IMG/VR virus record: IMGVR_UViG_3300034418_005398
Span: 1 to 62,697 of that record
Origin: a virus
Taxonomy: Duplodnaviria > Caudoviricetes
Length of the DNA: 62,697 bases
Reading direction: 5' to 3' (one strand)
Part shown: in pieces, positions 58,367 through 62,697 of the stretch
Position numbering within the stretch: position 1 is the first letter of the stretch
Layout: each line of letters opens with the position of its first letter
Notes under the pieces: generated by a model
Told to the model about the DNA's origin: nothing
Databases searched by the model: none
The model's input: only the letters and a program-made list of their open reading frames with translations
Made by a program: the position numbers and the translations under genes

Positions 58367-59385
58367 CGCTTGAACACCTCTTGGTTGGCAGTGAACCAGT
58401 CGGCGAACACGGGTGCTTGAATCAGCGTGGGGTCACGCTGGTACGCCAGCTTGACGCACAAGGTCTCCAATTCCTTGGGCAGTTTGTCAAGGTAAGCAAT
58501 GGCGTGGTGTATATTTTTCTTGGTGACGCGCGCCGCCAAGCCCATGACAAGGCAGTACCGTATGTCTAACTCGCTAGGCACAGGTACAGACTTGCCTGAT
58601 AGTATGCCGTCAATGTCGGGCATACGCTCAAACACGCGCAGGAACTGCTCAAAGTCAGTGGCGGCTTTGTCACCGATGGTGCCCTTGATAAGCTCGGCAC
58701 GGGTCACAGGTGGAAAGTCGCTGTCTAACAAGTCACTGGTATAGAACCAGCCGCGAGGGGTCGGGAACTGCTTGCCGTAATAGTCCCTGTTGAACTGGTG
58801 CAAGTAGTCGGCGCGTTGCTTGAGAAAGGCCATAACCTCTGGCCGGCGGTTACAGACAGCGAAGTAGTCGAGCGTGTCGTCAATGTGCTCGTTGATCTCG
58901 ATTTCTGTAAACCTGTTGAGCAGTGGCGAGGGGACGGCATTGACTACGCCGCGATCAGACGTGCGGTTACCTGCGGCTATGACCATCCAGCCCTCGGGCA
59001 GTTGGTGCTGGCCAAGCGCACGGTCGAGCGCAATCTGATACGCACTAGCCATCACGCTGTTGGGCGCGGACGTAAGCTCGTCAAGGAACAGGATGCCGCT
59101 TGAGTCCTTAGCAGTTGGCCACCACTCGTTGCGGAGCCAGCGCACGATCTGCTGTTCAAGGTCTGGCGCGGGCAGGCCAGACATATCAGTTGCGTTGAAC
59201 ATGTTAAGCCGAAGGTCGATCACACCCTGCCAGTTGTCAACCGACTTGGCTAACGCGTTAGCCGCTTGGTGCACGCCAGCGGATTTGCCTACGCCGGACT
59301 TGCCGACAAAGAACAGGGATCGCTTGCGCGTGATCGGGTTAGTGTAGAGGGTTTGGATTGTTGAAGACATATCACCAATACGCAT
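58363..59385 (-). CDS. MoxR/dynein-related AAA+ ATPase
   Basis: GKSGVGKS, ILFLDELT, AAGNR, LLNRF, FPTPRGW. AGGAG RBS before the ATG at 59385. Confidence 0.92.
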   Translation of the reverse strand: MRIGDMSSTIQTLYTNPITRKRSLFFVGKSGVGKSAGVHQAANALAKSVDNWQGVIDLRLNMFNATDMSGLPAPDLEQQIVRWLRNEWWPTAKDSSGILFLDELTSAPNSVMASAYQIALDRALGQHQLPEGWMVIAAGNRTSDRGVVNAVPSPLLNRFTEIEINEHIDDTLDYFAVCNRRPEVMAFLKQRADYLHQFNRDYYGKQFPTPRGWFYTSDLLDSDFPPVTRAELIKGTIGDKAATDFEQFLRVFERMPDIDGILSGKSVPVPSELDIRYCLVMGLAARVTKKNIHHAIAYLDKLPKELETLCVKLAYQRDPTLIQAPVFADWFTANQEVFKR

Positions 59386-59463
59386 AGGTATTACTCCTAA
59401 TAAGTTAATTACAAACACAATGAGATGTGTGTAGCAAGGCTACACACGGTTACACAAAGACGG

Positions 59464-60429
59464 CTAAAACATGCCGTCCATTTGAGCTAGTATATCACTA
59501 GCCGCCGTTGCCGCAAGCTCCCGCATTTCCTGCGTAGTTGCACCTTGGGCACGGGTTGGGTCAACGCCACACGCGGCCAGCACTTCCTTGGCGTTGTTGG
59601 CTGTCTGCTCACGGATGGCAGAGTCCTTACGCTTGAGTGCTTCCACAGGCACGTCGAATGTGCGCGAGCAGTGCGCAGCCAGATCGTTCAACTGCGTTAG
59701 CCCTAACACGTTAAGCGCAGGCATACGGTCGGCCACGTCCTTGAGAGACCGCACTAGCGAGTCGTGCACGCGTGAATTGTCGCGACTGGTCTTGTCATAC
59801 ATATTGATGACAGACTCAATCAGCCGTTCCAACGGCTCGGACACAGCGCCGGCCATGATGTGCTTGGTGGTCTGCTCGACCTGCTCAGTCACCTGCTCGC
59901 GTAGCTCTGACTCAATGTCATCGAACAGGCCACCGCCAAGATCACCGATAGGCAGGGTGCGTATCGACATCTTGAACTGGCTAACCACCTCTGACACATC
60001 GGGGTACTGCGTGGCGTCATACAGACCACCTTGGCTCGCTTGTGCATTGGCTAACACGTTAGACCAGTTTTGCGCAAACACGGTCACTGCCTGCTGTCGC
60101 TTTACCTCAAACTCATTAAGAGCAGGAAGCACCTCCATGAGCAGGCCAGTGTTGACAACAAACACGCCGTCAACCAGCGCCATCGAACTGCGTGCGCGTA
60201 GGTAGTTGCGTGCCTCGGCTTCCACCGCGAGGATGGGCGCGATCAGCGGCTTGGGGTAGAGCTTGCGGTTTGTGTCGAGCACAGATGCGTCCGCATTGTT
60301 GGCCAGTGCCGCATCGGTTGACGCTTTGGCGTCTTTCGCGGATAGCTTGGGTTTGTTGAATACCAGACTCACAATTACCGCTCGGTTGCGAATCGACGAA
60401 AGTACAGGTGCTACAGTTGAATCAGTCAT
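59464..60429 (-). CDS. DUF3150-like protein
   Basis: AVIVSL...KD...NRKL...GGLYDATQYP...SQF...P pattern. Adjacent to the AAA/vWA pair. Confidence 0.65.
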   Translation of the reverse strand: MTDSTVAPVLSSIRNRAVIVSLVFNKPKLSAKDAKASTDAALANNADASVLDTNRKLYPKPLIAPILAVEAEARNYLRARSSMALVDGVFVVNTGLLMEVLPALNEFEVKRQQAVTVFAQNWSNVLANAQASQGGLYDATQYPDVSEVVSQFKMSIRTLPIGDLGGGLFDDIESELREQVTEQVEQTTKHIMAGAVSEPLERLIESVINMYDKTSRDNSRVHDSLVRSLKDVADRMPALNVLGLTQLNDLAAHCSRTFDVPVEALKRKDSAIREQTANNAKEVLAACGVDPTRAQGATTQEMRELAATAASDILAQMDGMF

Positions 60430-60811
60430 GGGTAGAGCCTCCCTCAAAGTAGTGGCCGAACACAGCGTTCAGCGTCTCGTGTGCGCTCACGCGCAAAATG
60501 TCGTCATCGGAAATCGGCGAGCCTTTGGCTAACTCAATAGCCAGTTTGCAAGGAATACCGACAGTCTCGTACAGCGGGTGGCACGCAGAGTGATGCCGGC
60601 TAGTGGTTACGCCGTACTTATCCTCGTTCTCGTACCAGACGCCGTTGCGGTAGATAAACAGCGGCCAGTGCTCGCCGTAGCTATACACTACATAGTCGCC
60701 ATGCTCGGTAAACTGCGCATAGCAGGTGTGGTTCGTGTTCACGAACGGTTTGCGGTCGCGCACGTAATATCGCATATCGCGAAGGGTCGCGCGCTGGATT
60801 GGATCAGTCAT
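60422..60811 (-). CDS. Conserved early hypothetical protein
   Basis: YVVYSYGEHWPLF...WYEN...YGVTTSRH. GGAGG RBS. Confidence 0.75.
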   Translation of the reverse strand: MTDPIQRATLRDMRYYVRDRKPFVNTNHTCYAQFTEHGDYVVYSYGEHWPLFIYRNGVWYENEDKYGVTTSRHHSACHPLYETVGIPCKLAIELAKGSPISDDDILRVSAHETLNAVFGHYFEGGSTHD

Positions 60812-61091
60812 TGTCAAGCCCTCCACCTAACCCGCTAGGTACTTGGTTATAAGCGAACGTGCGCGACTCGCCATCGCCACGGGTAATTCGGTATTTCTGC
60901 ACCTTGTGGCCGTGTAGCCCCACAGCGTGTATTGTTCCGCCGCCCCAACCCGCTTTCACGGGGCCGCAGTCAAACGCTTGCGGCCACAGGTTGCGGATCA
61001 ACAGGGCAGTCGTTAGCTTTTCCATTTCGCGGTCGCGCTCTGCGGTAAGCTCGGCGAGCCGGTTGGCTTTGCTTAGTATCGGATCAGTCAT
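60804..61091 (-). CDS. Early hypothetical protein (first gene of the operon)
   Basis: AGGAG RBS, downstream of a strong promoter. Confidence 0.7.
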   Translation of the reverse strand: MTDPILSKANRLAELTAERDREMEKLTTALLIRNLWPQAFDCGPVKAGWGGGTIHAVGLHGHKVQKYRITRGDGESRTFAYNQVPSGLGGGLDND

Positions 61092-61192
61092 CTTGGACAC
61101 TCCTAACAGTTATCAGTTTGGCTAACGCGTTAGCCGGTTAATGAAACGCGGCAGATGCCGCCGTGGTGAGTATATACCTCCCCACAGTTTCC

Positions 61193-61220
61193 AGTATACA
61201 GAGGCTGTATGCTATGTCAA
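61193..61220 (-). promoter_or_regulatory. Strong sigma70-type early promoter
   Basis: TTGACA-N16-TATACT heading the long minus-strand operon. Confidence 0.8.
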
Positions 61221-61264
61221 CCCTGAACCTGTTAGGAGTAAGGATTGGGGGCGCGGATGCGGTT

Positions 61265-61640
61265 ACAACTAGTACAACTAGTGGGGTCGGCGGTAAGTGC
61301 TTGATTTGCTTGGTATTCCCAACTAGTTAGTTAAGTTAACTAAAAGTCGAGGAAAAAATGTGGGGGGTCGAAAAATGAAAAGGCTGTGCGCATAAAAAAA
61401 TTGGGGCGAGAAATAATTTGCTTTAGTTTTAGTTAACTTAACTAACTAGTACAACTACTCTTTTTTATTTGGCTTTCTGCCAACCATCTCCGCGATAGTG
61501 CCTACTAACTTTTTTCCGAAATTCTAGTTGTACTAGTTGTTGGCCTATTTATAACTCGTTCGTTGCAAGAAAATCGCCAGTAGTCGCTACAACTAGTTAC
61601 AGCAACTAGTAGCTACAACTAGTTACAGCAACTACTGGCT
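61265..61640. other. Putative replication origin or structured non-coding block
   Basis: Nested perfect inverted repeats (17 bp and 24 bp), 23-bp direct repeat x2, many CAACTAG(T) units, A/T tracts, IHF consensus site. Confidence 0.55.
61294..61306 (-). promoter_or_regulatory. IHF consensus site
   Basis: AATCAAGCACTTA matches WATCAANNNNTTR. Confidence 0.5.
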
Positions 61641-61834
61641 AACGTGTTAGCCGACTGTCTAACGCATTAGCTCGGCGCGCCTCTCGACCGGCTGATAGTA
61701 GTAGTGATAGTAAAACCGGCAAGCCTCTAGCCACATCGCGCGCGCAGTCGCAAACTGCAAAAAGCTAATGCATTATGCGAAACTCTACCGGCGCGCCTCT
61801 CCACCGTGTGATAGTAGTAGTGATAGTAATTTTG

Positions 61835-61860
61835 AAAAAAAAGGCGCCTTTCGGCGCCTT
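61835..61860 (-). terminator. Rho-independent terminator
   Basis: Minus strand GGCGCC-GAAA-GGCGCC-T8 after ORF 61875-62555. Confidence 0.9.
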
Positions 61861-61874
61861 GGGTTGGGGTTGGT

Positions 61875-62555
61875 TTAGTGAGCGCGGACAGTCTTGACAC
61901 TACCCTTTTTGGTTTGGGTTGCGCCATCGCCTACCGCAATGGTAGCGCCGGCCTCATTCGGCGCTAGGTGGAACCCCAGTTCAGTTAGCACGGCCTCGAA
62001 CAATCGGCGCTCGGTCGCGTGCGCTAGCCAGTATTTGACTGCGGCCTTGATGTCGCCATCCGCCTTTGTCTTGGGCGCGGGAGTCGCGGCACGTGGCGCG
62101 CGGGTTTGCACATCCGGCGCCTTTTTGCCGGCCCACTGCGCCTTGATTTCCTGCGCGGCCTTGCTCAGCATGTTGACCGGAATCGTGTCGAGCGCGACAT
62201 TCGCGGGAGTGACGACCGAATCGGCCTTGCTGGTAGCACGTTTGACAGTGACGGGTAGATCGCCAGCCATAGCCAGAATGAGGAACCGGCCTAGCTTTTC
62301 CCAAGTGTTCTTTTTGAACACCACACCATCCGCGACACAAATCGCCTTCGCGCGTTTCATCAACTGCGGATGCGCGTCAGCCGGCGCAATGGATTGATCG
62401 CGCTCCTCTGCGATAATCCGCGCGGCCTCTACATACTCCACGCGCGCCTTATCATCTGCCGACTCCGCACGGCGCAACGCTTGCGTGACGGGGTTCATAT
62501 CCTTCACTGAGGTTTTCTTGTTTACTGCTTTAGCAATAGCTTTCATATCATTCAC
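61875..62555 (-). CDS. Early hypothetical protein (basic, Ala/Lys-rich)
   Basis: 226-aa ORF with its own promoter and terminator. AAGGTG RBS suggests the ATG at 62546. Confidence 0.8.
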   Translation of the reverse strand: MNDMKAIAKAVNKKTSVKDMNPVTQALRRAESADDKARVEYVEAARIIAEERDQSIAPADAHPQLMKRAKAICVADGVVFKKNTWEKLGRFLILAMAGDLPVTVKRATSKADSVVTPANVALDTIPVNMLSKAAQEIKAQWAGKKAPDVQTRAPRAATPAPKTKADGDIKAAVKYWLAHATERRLFEAVLTELGFHLAPNEAGATIAVGDGATQTKKGSVKTVRAH

Positions 62556-62604
62556 CTTTTAGGTTATGGGTTAGTTATGTGCCTAACTTGTTAGACACAG
62601 TCCG

Positions 62605-62632
62605 ACTCTAGCACACCGGCGAGCCTCTGCAA
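62605..62632 (-). promoter_or_regulatory. Putative sigma70-type early promoter
   Basis: TTGCAG-N16-TAGAGT with extended TG. A palindrome copy lies 8 bp downstream. Confidence 0.55.
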
Positions 62633-62697
62633 CAAACGGCGTGATAGTAGTTAAGTGATAGTAAGAAAAAAAAGGGGGGCCGAAGCCCCGTGCGTCA
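62624..62697 (+). repeat. Terminal direct repeat, right copy (74 bp)
   Basis: Identical to 1-74. Confidence 0.95.

Larger units (their letters stand above)
56557..62596. repeat. Dispersed 16-bp palindrome family, core CTAAC-NN-GTTAG
   Basis: Copies start at 56557, 58292, 59248, 60049, 61120, 61637 and 62581. Confidence 0.9.
1..62697. mobile_element. Complete tailed bacteriophage genome (podovirus-like, about 62,623 bp unique)
   Basis: Terminase, portal, scaffold, capsid, ejection proteins, lysis and replication modules lie in two opposed arms. No host housekeeping genes. Terminal direct repeat present. No tape-measure or sheath gene recognised. Confidence 0.96.

Noticed and set aside
60419-61091. 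Three consecutive early genes starting MTD(P/S) as a shared N-terminal signal
   Set aside because: Two of the three are explained by ATGACTGA start/stop overlap coupling. The evidence is too weak for a signal peptide.
1-62697. Stop-codon reassignment (TAG and CTAG look frequent)
   Set aside because: Genes are full length and densely packed under code 11, and several end in TAG right before the next gene (4271, 18106, 33630).
1-62697. tRNA/tmRNA genes, integrase or attP
   Set aside because: No cloverleaf with a T-loop consensus was found in the few intergenic gaps, and no recombinase motifs were recognised by eye. tRNAscan and HMM searches would be needed to exclude them formally.

Overview
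The window is an apparently complete ~62.6 kb dsDNA tailed-phage genome with podovirus-type gene content. Bases 1-74 are repeated exactly at 62624-62697. The plus-strand arm (about 0.9-45.1 kb) carries a KilA-N-like protein, terminase small and large subunits, three tiny very basic proteins, several fibre/receptor-binding genes, a metallophosphoesterase, holin(s) and an M15 peptidase endolysin. It continues with tail genes, portal, scaffold, major capsid protein, adaptor, ejection proteins (one of 2138 aa) and an HNH nuclease. The minus-strand arm (about 45.2-62.6 kb plus 72-685) carries primase/DUF927, an SSB-like protein, SNF2 helicase, VRR-NUC, PD-(D/E)XK nuclease, family A DNA polymerase (Leu762 type), a dUTPase homologue lacking its catalytic residues, and an early DUF3150-like / AAA+ / vWA-zincin / Nmad5-like cluster. 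I saw no integrase, repressor, RT, tRNA or CRISPR. The most striking unexplained signals are: (1) seven copies of a 16-bp palindrome (core CTAAC-NN-GTTAG) spaced about every kb through the early region, four of them inside genes; (2) single-gene early cassettes built from repeated promoter, palindrome, terminator and TGATAGTA boxes; (3) an origin-like block with nested inverted repeats and an IHF consensus site; (4) the pseudo-dUTPase; (5) a shared [FYL]xxGGxV motif across small basic and ejection proteins; and (6) a DGGxY-to-IKxKR chain of fibre genes. Family assignments come from motif recognition by eye, not from database searches.
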